Source: Candidatus Bathyarchaeota archaeon (GTDB taxonomy: Archaea; Thermoproteota; Bathyarchaeia; Bathyarchaeales; Bathyarchaeaceae). Taken from it: a DNA stretch of 64,000 nt. The translations under genes were made by a program, and so were the position numbers. Location of the stretch: positions 14,103 to 78,102 of the forward strand of contig JAUWDY010000004.1 of assembly GCA_030608565.1 (NCBI GenBank). Reading direction: 5' to 3'. The notes under the pieces are model-generated. The model did not search any database. It saw only the letters and a list, made by a program, of their open reading frames with translations, and was not told the origin of the DNA. This document shows, piece by piece, positions 35,544-43,478 of this stretch; the first letter of the stretch is position 1, and every line of letters starts with the position of its first letter.

Positions 35544-37088
35544 ATGAAGCTGCAAGCCAGACTTCTAGATATCCAAGCTGGAGGAAGAAGAATCGCCATA
35601 TTGGACGATGAAACCGCGAGTCTTATCGGTGTACATTCATCTGACAGAGTGAAAATAACCCATAAAGATGAACATTTAATTGCTATCGTCAACATTGCTG
35701 ACAACTTTCCACGTAACTATGTGGGAGTCTATCAAGAGATTTCAACAAAGCTCGGAATAGAGAACGGAGAAATCGTTGAAGTACAACCTGCAGAAAGACC
35801 TGAGGCACTTAACTATGTTCAAGCAAAAATACGTGGTGAAAGATTACGAGAAAACGAAGTAAAAGTGATAGTTGAGGAAGTTGTGGAACGTCACCTAAGC
35901 GACGTTGAAATCGCGTCTTTTGTAACTGCGCTTTATATTCATGGGTTAAGCATAGATGAAATTGAAGCTTTATCGAAAGCCATGGTGGAGACTGGTGGCA
36001 CCCTGACCCTTGATAAAACTCCGATTCTAGACAAGCACAGTATAGGTGGAGTACCCGGTGACAAGACATCACTTTTAGTAGTGCCAATTATCGCCGCTGC
36101 TGGTTTTATTATACCTAAAACTTCCTCTAGAGCAGTGACTTCTCCGGCAGGAACCGCTGACCGCGTTGAAACATTTTGTCCAGTAAACCTAACCCTTGAA
36201 GAAATAAGAGATGTAGTGAAGAAAACAAATGGTTGTATGGTTTGGGGTGGCGCCTTAGAGTTAGCTCCTGCCGATGACATTTTCATTCAAGTTGAGTATC
36301 CACTGGCGATAGATCCATTGCTTCTTCCATCAATTATGAGCAAGAAGAAAGCCATAGGCGCCACACACGTAGTCATAGACATCCCAACTGGAAGCGGTGC
36401 AAAAGTAAAAACAGTCGGCAGCGCAAATGCACTTGCATACGATTTCATAGATTTAGGGAAGCGATTGGGAATGAATGTTCAATGTGCAGTAACCTTTGGA
36501 GAGCAACCTATCGGATACGCTATAGGCCCAGCGTTAGAAGCACAAGAAGCATTATCTACAATCATGGGAAAGGGTCCAGTTGACCTTCAAGAAAAAGCAA
36601 CAAGCATTGCAGGCATCCTCTTCGAAATGGTTGGGGTCGAAAATGGAAAACAAAAGGCAGAGAGCCTCCTAAAATCAGGAAAAGCGGAAAGAAAGTTCAG
36701 ACAAATAATAGAGGCACAGGGCGGAAACCCGAGAATAAAGCCTGAGGACATAAAACTTGGATACAAAAAAGCGGAAATAACAACGGACAAAGACGGCAGA
36801 GTCTTATGGGTCAACAACAGAAGCATCGCTCAAGTTGCCAGAGAGGCAGGCGCTCCCAAGGAAAAGGCAGCTGGAGTCGTACTGAAAATAAAACTTGGAG
36901 AGCACATTGAAAAGGGTGATGTTCTCTTTGAGATTTACGCCGAAAGAAACACAAAATTGAACACAGCCTTAGAATTGGCAAAAAAACTTCAACCAATAGG
37001 GTTAAGCAAAAAACCAGAAGAAAGAATGTTAATTGGTCGCGTCCCAACACGAGTCATACAAAGAAAAGTCTTCACGCTAGAAAGATAG
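35544..37088 (+). CDS. deoA: AMP phosphorylase (thymidine-phosphorylase family with N-terminal extension)
   Basis: MKLQARLLDIQAGGRRIAILDDETA... N-terminal domain typical of archaeal AMPpase, then DKHSIGGVPGDKTS and the glycosyltransferase core. 514 aa. Confidence 0.85.
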   Translation: MKLQARLLDIQAGGRRIAILDDETASLIGVHSSDRVKITHKDEHLIAIVNIADNFPRNYVGVYQEISTKLGIENGEIVEVQPAERPEALNYVQAKIRGERLRENEVKVIVEEVVERHLSDVEIASFVTALYIHGLSIDEIEALSKAMVETGGTLTLDKTPILDKHSIGGVPGDKTSLLVVPIIAAAGFIIPKTSSRAVTSPAGTADRVETFCPVNLTLEEIRDVVKKTNGCMVWGGALELAPADDIFIQVEYPLAIDPLLLPSIMSKKKAIGATHVVIDIPTGSGAKVKTVGSANALAYDFIDLGKRLGMNVQCAVTFGEQPIGYAIGPALEAQEALSTIMGKGPVDLQEKATSIAGILFEMVGVENGKQKAESLLKSGKAERKFRQIIEAQGGNPRIKPEDIKLGYKKAEITTDKDGRVLWVNNRSIAQVAREAGAPKEKAAGVVLKIKLGEHIEKGDVLFEIYAERNTKLNTALELAKKLQPIGLSKKPEERMLIGRVPTRVIQRKVFTLER

Positions 37089-37231
37089 TCTAGAAGAACC
37101 TGAAAGCTTCCATCTATCATTTTCCTTTCCTATGTTTCGCTGAACATAAAATAACAGAATTGGTCGCTGAACGTCCGCATGCTAACCAATAATCCAACGC
37201 GCCCATAAGGCGCCAGCATGCATGCTTTAGG

Positions 37232-37420
37232 TCATTCTCTAGAAACCTGCCTCGTCTTCGCGTGTTGTCCTTTTCTCTTTTCCCGATAGCTCGTGGCACA
37301 CGCTTCACAGCAGAAAACATATTCTTCACCGTTAATAACAGTACAATAGGCTGCAAGTTCACATGATTCTAATGGCATTTCTTTCTTACACAGCTCACAT
37401 TGGATAAATCTGGATTTCAT
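37232..37420 (-). CDS. small TRASH/YHS-like metal-binding domain protein
   Basis: From MKSRFIQCELCKKEM...AAYCTVINGEEYVFCCEACATSY (Cx2C...CCx2C). Last gene of the iscS-iscU operon. Confidence 0.5.
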   Translation of the reverse strand: MKSRFIQCELCKKEMPLESCELAAYCTVINGEEYVFCCEACATSYREKRKGQHAKTRQVSRE

Positions 37421-37424
37421 CTCC

Positions 37425-37802
37425 TCACCTCTTAGTCCCTTTATGTTTCTCATAATCTTCTATTGCTGCATGCAACGCATCCGCAGCAAGGTTAGAGCAG
37501 TGCATTTTAACTTTAGGAAGCCCTCCCAACGAGTCTGCTACATCTGAACGACCGATTTTCTCAGCTTCTTCCAATGTTTTTCCCTTGGCTAGTTCCGTTA
37601 CCATACTGCTGGTAGCTATTGCTGCACCACAACCAAAGGTTTTGAATTTGATATCATCTATGCGGTTATCTTTGACTTTAATGTAAACTGTCATCATGTC
37701 CCCACAAACGGGATTTCCAACAGTTCCTATGCCATCGGCCTCTGGAATTTCGCCCATATTGCGTGGGTTTCTAAAGTGGTCCATCACTTTCTCGCTGTAC
37801 AT
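37425..37802 (-). CDS. iscU: IscU/NifU-like Fe-S cluster scaffold
   Basis: NPRNMGE..GTVGNPVCGDMM...FKTFGCGAAIATSS...HCSNLAADAL: the three conserved Cys contexts of IscU. Confidence 0.9.
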   Translation of the reverse strand: MYSEKVMDHFRNPRNMGEIPEADGIGTVGNPVCGDMMTVYIKVKDNRIDDIKFKTFGCGAAIATSSMVTELAKGKTLEEAEKIGRSDVADSLGGLPKVKMHCSNLAADALHAAIEDYEKHKGTKR

Positions 37803-38986
37803 TATTCTTTCAACTCCTTTGGAGTCAAAGGTGACATTTCTCTTAGTCTTTTGACTATGTCGGGCATTATCCTTATCGCATAGTCCACTTCCCCTTCAGT
37901 GTTTTGCTTGCCTAGTGTAAACAATAATGAACCATGAGCCTCTTCATGTTTCAACCCGATAGCTCTTAGCGCATGAGAAGGTTCTAGAGTTTTTGCAGTG
38001 CAAGCCGAACCTGAAGATGCCGCGACTCCTTTCAAGTCCAAGTCCAACAGTATTGATTCGCCTTCAATGAAACTATATCTTACTGCAGCGTTGTTTGGTA
38101 ACCGTTTGGTTGGGTGGCCGTTCAAAAATGAACGCGGGATATTGTCAAGTAAGCCTTTGATGAGTTTGTCTCTCAACGTCTTTAACCGTCCACTTTCGGT
38201 GGGCATTTCTTTTTTTGCTATCTCTGCGGCTTTTCCGAATCCTACTATGCCAGGAAGATTTTCTGTTCCTGACCTTAGGCCTCGTTCTTGTCCTCCCCCA
38301 TGAATTGACGGTTTTAATCGTGTACCCTTTCTTATGTAAAGAGCGCCCACGCCTTTGGGTCCGTACATGTCGTTGGAAGAAATGGTAAGCAAGTCTATGC
38401 CCTCATTGTCCACATCTATTGGAACCTGACCATTTGCGGTTGCAGCATCAACGTGCAAGTAGGCATTTTTCCCATGTACTATTTGACTGATCTTTTTTAC
38501 AGGTTGAATTGTGCCAATTTCGCCATTTGCATACATAATAGAAACCAAGATTGTTTCACTGGTCAATTCCTTTTCTAGACTTCTAAGGTTCACAAAACCG
38601 TATTGATCAACTGGAAGAAAAGTAACCTTGAATCCCTTTGTCATTAAGAATTTGCACGGATTAAGAACTGACATGTGTTCTATGCTCGACGTTATTATAT
38701 GTGTCCCTCGGTCTTTGTTGCGGTAAGTGACTCCTTTAATTGCCATGTTGTTGCTTTCGGTTGCGCCTGACGTGAAGATTATTGATTCTTTTCTTTCGGC
38801 GTTGATTAATTCCGCAATTTTTGTTCTCGCCTCTTCTATAGCTTGCCTTGCCTCTTGACCAAAAGAGTGAACGGAAGAAGGATTACCATAGAGTGACTTC
38901 ATGTAAAGCATCATAGCCTCCATTACATGAGGATCGACAGGTTTCCCGGCTGTATGATCCATGTAGATACGTTTCGTCTTTGACAT
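37802..38986 (-). CDS. iscS: IscS/NifS-like class V aminotransferase-fold protein, apparently lacking the PLP lysine
   Basis: Start taken at MSKTKRIYMDH. Cys loop SSGSACTA is present. Where IscS has SGHKIYGPKG this protein has SSNDMYGPKG (Lys replaced by Asp). TAATG overlap with iscU. Confidence 0.8.
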   Translation of the reverse strand: MSKTKRIYMDHTAGKPVDPHVMEAMMLYMKSLYGNPSSVHSFGQEARQAIEEARTKIAELINAERKESIIFTSGATESNNMAIKGVTYRNKDRGTHIITSSIEHMSVLNPCKFLMTKGFKVTFLPVDQYGFVNLRSLEKELTSETILVSIMYANGEIGTIQPVKKISQIVHGKNAYLHVDAATANGQVPIDVDNEGIDLLTISSNDMYGPKGVGALYIRKGTRLKPSIHGGGQERGLRSGTENLPGIVGFGKAAEIAKKEMPTESGRLKTLRDKLIKGLLDNIPRSFLNGHPTKRLPNNAAVRYSFIEGESILLDLDLKGVAASSGSACTAKTLEPSHALRAIGLKHEEAHGSLLFTLGKQNTEGEVDYAIRIMPDIVKRLREMSPLTPKELKE

Positions 38987-38997
38987 TACTAACTCAC

Positions 38998-39366
38998 TCA
39001 AAAACATAGAATTGCGTCAGCGTCTAGCGTCAACTCATTTAACGTTGCAGCACCGACAACTTTAGCTTCAGGTATGAAGTCTCCGCGGGAAAGCCCTAAT
39101 AGTTGCGTGCTTTGTTCACAAACGAGCAGTCTAGCCCCTGCTTTTGTCGCTTGATCCATTACCTCTTTAAGAGATGGGAAGCTGCCTAGTTTGATCTTTT
39201 CCGCTTCTCCTTTTTTGACTACAGTCACGCCCTTTATGAGGAAGTAGATGGTTGCTTCTATGTTCATCATTGCTGCTGTAGTAGCCAAAATAAATGGCGC
39301 ATAAGTGCGTTCTGGCGTGTCAACTCCGCTTGTTTGAACGTACAGTATCCTTTTTTTCTGTGACAT
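38998..39366 (-). CDS. DsrE/DsrF-like sulfur-relay family protein
   Basis: About 120 aa. ILYVQTSG..TPERTYAPFILATTAAMM...LLVCEQS pattern of the DsrE/TusD fold. Confidence 0.6.
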   Translation of the reverse strand: MSQKKRILYVQTSGVDTPERTYAPFILATTAAMMNIEATIYFLIKGVTVVKKGEAEKIKLGSFPSLKEVMDQATKAGARLLVCEQSTQLLGLSRGDFIPEAKVVGAATLNELTLDADAILCF

Positions 39367-39387
39367 ACTATACCTCACTTCTATTGG

Positions 39388-39624
39388 TCATTTCACCTTT
39401 TTTATTAATATTCTAACAGTGTTTCCATCCTTACTTACGTCTACTATCTCTTGTTCTAAATGCTTTACGAGACTTCGTATGTCCGCCTCTGCCGCTGGAT
39501 CATCAGCCAGAACTTCTAGAAATTCTCCAATTCCAATGTCATCCAATTCCATTCTTGTTCTATAAACAGGTTCAGGACAGTATAAACCCAGACAATCTAA
39601 AGTCCTGTCAGGTTTAACCTTCAT
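39388..39624 (-). CDS. tusA: TusA/SirA-like sulfurtransferase
   Basis: LDCLGLYCPEPV (CPxP active-site motif). About 78 aa from MKVKPDRT. Confidence 0.8.
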   Translation of the reverse strand: MKVKPDRTLDCLGLYCPEPVYRTRMELDDIGIGEFLEVLADDPAAEADIRSLVKHLEQEIVDVSKDGNTVRILIKKVK

Positions 39625-39825
39625 AATATTTCCCCAAAAAAATGAGTGCACGTCGAAGGGAGATAAGTTTTCCCCCTGAACTACTTAAGAGACATGGCAA
39701 TTGCGCGCGCACAAGTACAACTAGAAATTGGAATACTGCATGTATGCTAACACTGGAAAAAGCTATATATGCATGCGTGCATGCATGGCGCATGTCATAA
39801 TGATTACGCAAAATAAGGAGGAAAA

Positions 39826-41064
39826 GTGATGAGTGAAACAGCCGAGAGTAAAAAGAAAATAATGAAGAAAATAATTGCGCAGCTACATTCTGGAACTCCA
39901 GTAAGTGAGGTTAAAGAAACATTCAAGAGAGTCTTAGGCGGCATAGGCCCTTTAGAAATCGCTAAAATTGAACAAGAGCTCATAAAGGAAGGGATGCCCA
40001 GAAAAGAAATTCAAAGGCTATGCGACGTTCATCTGGCTGTTTTCAGAGAACAACTAGAAAAACAAAAACTGGAGGTTCCCCTTGGGCATCCAATTAGCAT
40101 ACTCGCAGAAGAACATAAAATTCTCCTTCAACTTTCGGAAAAACTCAACACGATTGTAAACAGGATTCAGGAGGCAAGCAATGTAGGTGATGTAGCCGAC
40201 GAGGCAAAGCAACTGAAGCACATTGCGGAAGAACTCTTGGATGCGGAAAAACACTATTTAAGAGAAGAAAACGTACTTTTCCCATTCCTAGAAAAACATG
40301 GAATCACGGAACCTCCCGCAGTAATGTGGATAGAACACAATCAAATAAGAGACACAAAGAAACAACTTTACAGCATAGTCAAAAATTACAGTGCCATAAA
40401 CTTTCAAGATTTTAGAAAGCAACTTGGTGAAACCGCCAAGTCTTTAGGCAACATTCTTTCAAGCCATTTTTTCAAGGAAAACAACATACTCTTCCCTACA
40501 GCATTACGAGTGATTACAGATGAAGAATGGAAAGATATTCGAAAAGAATTCGATGAAATAGGATATTGTTGCTTCACTCCACAACACCTGACAAAAATGC
40601 CGCCAACCGAAGAAATCGAAAAGCGAAAAACTGAAACAATAATTGCTCCTAAAGGAATGCTGCAGTTTGAAACAGGTGTTCTTTCAAAAGAGGAAGTTGA
40701 GGCCATCTTGGATTCGCTTCCTGTTGACATATCATTTGTTGATAGAGAGGACCGTGTAAAATATTTCAACAAGGCTGAGGAAAGAATTTTTGTACGGACA
40801 AAGGCTGTCCTCGGAAGAAAAGTGCAGTTATGTCATCCGCAGAAAAGCGTTCACATTGTAGATAAGATTTTGGAATCTTTCAAGACGGGCAAGAAGGATG
40901 TAGCTGGGTTCTGGATTCAGAAAGACAAGAGCCTAATTCACATCAGATATTTTGCAGTTAGAGATAGGAACGGAAAATATTTGGGAACGATGGAAGTGAC
41001 ACAAGACATAACTGACATCAAGAAAATCAAGGGACAGAAAAGACTTCTGGATTGGAAAGGCTAG
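39826..41064 (+). CDS. DUF438 / hemerythrin-HHE / PAS-domain sensor-like protein
   Basis: N-terminal LHSGTPVSEVKETFKRVLGGIGPLEIAKIEQELIKEGM (DUF438). Central HP...EEH....E..H HHE cation-binding helices. C-terminal PAS-like VDISFVDREDRVKYFN. Confidence 0.7.
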   Translation: MMSETAESKKKIMKKIIAQLHSGTPVSEVKETFKRVLGGIGPLEIAKIEQELIKEGMPRKEIQRLCDVHLAVFREQLEKQKLEVPLGHPISILAEEHKILLQLSEKLNTIVNRIQEASNVGDVADEAKQLKHIAEELLDAEKHYLREENVLFPFLEKHGITEPPAVMWIEHNQIRDTKKQLYSIVKNYSAINFQDFRKQLGETAKSLGNILSSHFFKENNILFPTALRVITDEEWKDIRKEFDEIGYCCFTPQHLTKMPPTEEIEKRKTETIIAPKGMLQFETGVLSKEEVEAILDSLPVDISFVDREDRVKYFNKAEERIFVRTKAVLGRKVQLCHPQKSVHIVDKILESFKTGKKDVAGFWIQKDKSLIHIRYFAVRDRNGKYLGTMEVTQDITDIKKIKGQKRLLDWKG

Positions 41065-41077
41065 TCAAGTCTCAAGT

Positions 41078-42253
41078 TTATGTATTTTCAACTTTCGCTC
41101 TCTTTTCCATTGCTTCCTTAACCCTTTTCTGCGCAATTTTCAATGCTGCATCCCGAGGAGCAATCTTTTCTTCCTCAGCCTTTTCAATAACCAATCTCAC
41201 ATTTTTGACGATTTTTTCTTCAACCATCTGCAGCATTCTTTGTGGGTTTTCGCCAATGTATTCAGCGTAGGAGGATATTACGCCTCCAGCATTTGCGATA
41301 AAGTCAGGGATCACTAACACTCCTTTTTTGTTGAGCCGCTTTTCACTTTCATAAGTAACTGGAATGTTGGCTGCTTCTACAACCACCTTGGCCTTAATCT
41401 CATCTACATTTTTCTCATTAATTACGTCTGGAATGGACGCTGGAACAAGTATGTCGACTGGCAACTCGAAGATCTCTTCATACCTTAGAACTTCGCCCGG
41501 TTCATAGTTAATTACCGACCTCGTTTCTTTCTTCACTTTCTTCAGTTTTTCATAATCTAATCCATCTGGATTGTATATGCATCCCTTACTGTCGCTTATC
41601 GCCACTATTTTAGCTCCGAACTCGCTGAGATATTTTGCCAAGAAGGAACCAACGTTACCGAAGCCGTCAATAGCTGTTGTTCCTTCCTTTAGTTTAATGC
41701 CAATGTGTTCGGCCGCAAGTTTGGTTGCTTGAAACACGCCGTAGCCAGTTGAACCGTACTCGTGAGGAATGCCGCATTCCTCGCCGGGCCTAACACACAT
41801 GTCTGCAGGCTTTCCAGTACAAGACTTTAAAGAGCCATTTGCGAGGGCATAAGCCGCCATTTCTTCCTCTCCTGTGTTGATGTCTGGAGCTGCGATGTAT
41901 TGGCTTGGAGAAAAAGGTTTCAACGCCACGGCGAAGGCTTTGATCAGGTTCATCTTTTCCTCTTTCGAGATTTTCTTGGGATTCGCTATTATGCCAGATT
42001 TTGCTCCTCCAAATGGAAGTTCTGCTAAGGTACATTTCCAAGTCATAGTCCTCGCAAGCCTGAAAACCTCTTCGACGTTCACCGTAGGCGTCATTCTTAT
42101 TCCGCCCTTGCCAGGACCCAACGCAGTATTGTCAATTATCAGAATTCCCTTCATTCCAGTGTTAGAATCATAAACTTGCAAAACTTTCTCGGGGCCCCAT
42201 TCGTCAGCAAACTTTTCTATATCAACCATCCCTACAGCCACCAAAGGTTCCAA
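41078..42253 (-). CDS. Glu/Leu/Phe/Val dehydrogenase family (glutamate dehydrogenase-like)
   Basis: GPGKGGIRM and PFGGAKSG active-site blocks. Rossmann GFGNVGS. Confidence 0.85.
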   Translation of the reverse strand: MEPLVAVGMVDIEKFADEWGPEKVLQVYDSNTGMKGILIIDNTALGPGKGGIRMTPTVNVEEVFRLARTMTWKCTLAELPFGGAKSGIIANPKKISKEEKMNLIKAFAVALKPFSPSQYIAAPDINTGEEEMAAYALANGSLKSCTGKPADMCVRPGEECGIPHEYGSTGYGVFQATKLAAEHIGIKLKEGTTAIDGFGNVGSFLAKYLSEFGAKIVAISDSKGCIYNPDGLDYEKLKKVKKETRSVINYEPGEVLRYEEIFELPVDILVPASIPDVINEKNVDEIKAKVVVEAANIPVTYESEKRLNKKGVLVIPDFIANAGGVISSYAEYIGENPQRMLQMVEEKIVKNVRLVIEKAEEEKIAPRDAALKIAQKRVKEAMEKRAKVENT

Positions 42254-42405
42254 TGAATGAACATTTTCAGAGTATACATGTTAATATTTTTTCTTACTAT
42301 TTATCAAGGTTTCAAAAGTATTTCAAGTCCGAAGAAGCAGACGAAAACTTCGAATATAGATCTAAGCGTATTTGTTAGTTTCCGCTGACTTTCATTGCAT
42401 GCATC

Positions 42406-42669
42406 TCATGGTTTAGATGGTATATCAGACATGCCAACACCATGTAGGACCCCAACCACGGGAAACTTTTCGAGGACATCTCCGCCGTGTGGAGCTTGCT
42501 CCAAGGCTTCCGTCAAATCCACGCCAGCGCGGTGAAGAACTTGGTGGGTTCCGTCTTTCCAAAGAAAACTAGCTGATAGGTCGTATACCTTTCCCTTGTA
42601 CACTACGTACACTGGATTTCCGTTTTTCCCATTGTATTGGGCAAGCTCTTCTTCAGTGAACTCCTTCAT
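42406..42669 (-). CDS. cytochrome b5-like heme/steroid-binding domain protein
   Basis: FTEEELAQYNGKNGNPVYVVYKGKVYDLSASFLWKDGTH is the typical cyt-b5-like/PGRMC fold start. 87 aa. Confidence 0.7.
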   Translation of the reverse strand: MKEFTEEELAQYNGKNGNPVYVVYKGKVYDLSASFLWKDGTHQVLHRAGVDLTEALEQAPHGGDVLEKFPVVGVLHGVGMSDIPSKP

Positions 42670-42720
42670 TCATCTGATCCTTCCAAGTTTGGCAAAAAAG
42701 AGGGAAAAGGGAGAAAAGGC

Positions 42721-43272
42721 CTACTTGAGGAATTTGGAGACGAAGGGTGAAGTCTCACCTCTACGCATGAAGTGGCCAGACGGGCCCTCACCTAGGAATT
42801 CGGAGAACCAAGACTCATGCTCAATTTCCTCGTTAAGGATTGCCTGAGATAAATCGTAGGTTCGATGGTCTTTGCCAGCGGTCAGGTTACAGATGTAGGT
42901 ATATCCGCGCACTGCACACCTCTCCGCCTCCACCAACACCTTCAACATTGCCAAAGTGTCAGTCGGGTCTTTTGGCAGTCTGGCGGGCGGACAGGCCGAG
43001 ACGTCATGAAAAGCCTTCATGTCATCTGGGAGTTTGCCGCCTAACTCGTATATGCGGGGAACAAGAGCCTCAAAGTGGTTACGATCTTCAATGCGAGCGG
43101 TCTCTGCGATCTCCTTGATTCCTTCGCCTTCTAGCCCTATTAGGTTACATCGAAGAATAGTATAGTAGTAGTAAGTTGTAAGCTCGGCTGCAGCATTCTT
43201 GACCAACAACTCCACGAGCTGATCAACATCAATACCAGCTTTCTCCACCATTTCTCGTGCTACTCTAGCCAT
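42721..43272 (-). CDS. Dps-like (DPSL) ferritin-superfamily antioxidant protein
   Basis: Very close in pattern to Sulfolobus DPSL as I recall it: AAELTTYYYYTILR..L.G.EGEG.KEIAE.ARIEDR.HFE....RIYELGG.LP....DISAC......P.D......L.EAE.CA.R.......T.GKD.RTYDL...IL.EEIEHE.WF.E.L...PSGHF.R. Confidence 0.8.
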   Translation of the reverse strand: MARVAREMVEKAGIDVDQLVELLVKNAAAELTTYYYYTILRCNLIGLEGEGIKEIAETARIEDRNHFEALVPRIYELGGKLPDDMKAFHDVSACPPARLPKDPTDTLAMLKVLVEAERCAVRGYTYICNLTAGKDHRTYDLSQAILNEEIEHESWFSEFLGEGPSGHFMRRGETSPFVSKFLK

Positions 43273-43371
43273 ATTATTACCTCACTAACTGTTGGTCCGA
43301 GAGATTTATTTAAAGGTACTAGTACTCTGCACTTTCGATTCGTTGAACTATCTACAAACCCAGTGTCCATT

Positions 43372-43476
43372 TTTCATTGCATGCATGGATTTACAACTAT
43401 GTTGTTTTTAGAGGTTATGAGAGAAATCAGTATGTTATCACAACATCAGAACCTCTAAAATAGATTCATGCATGCC
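43372..43476. repeat. about 100-bp MITE-like unit: (CATG)n-containing imperfect terminal inverted repeats enclosing an 11-bp stem hairpin
   Basis: Left end gcatgcatggattt (43379-43392) matches the reverse complement of the right end, gcatgcatgaatct (43462-43475), at 12 of 14 positions. Internal ttttagaggtt (43406-43416) pairs perfectly with aacctctaaaa (43450-43460). Confidence 0.5.
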
Positions 43477-43478
43477 AT

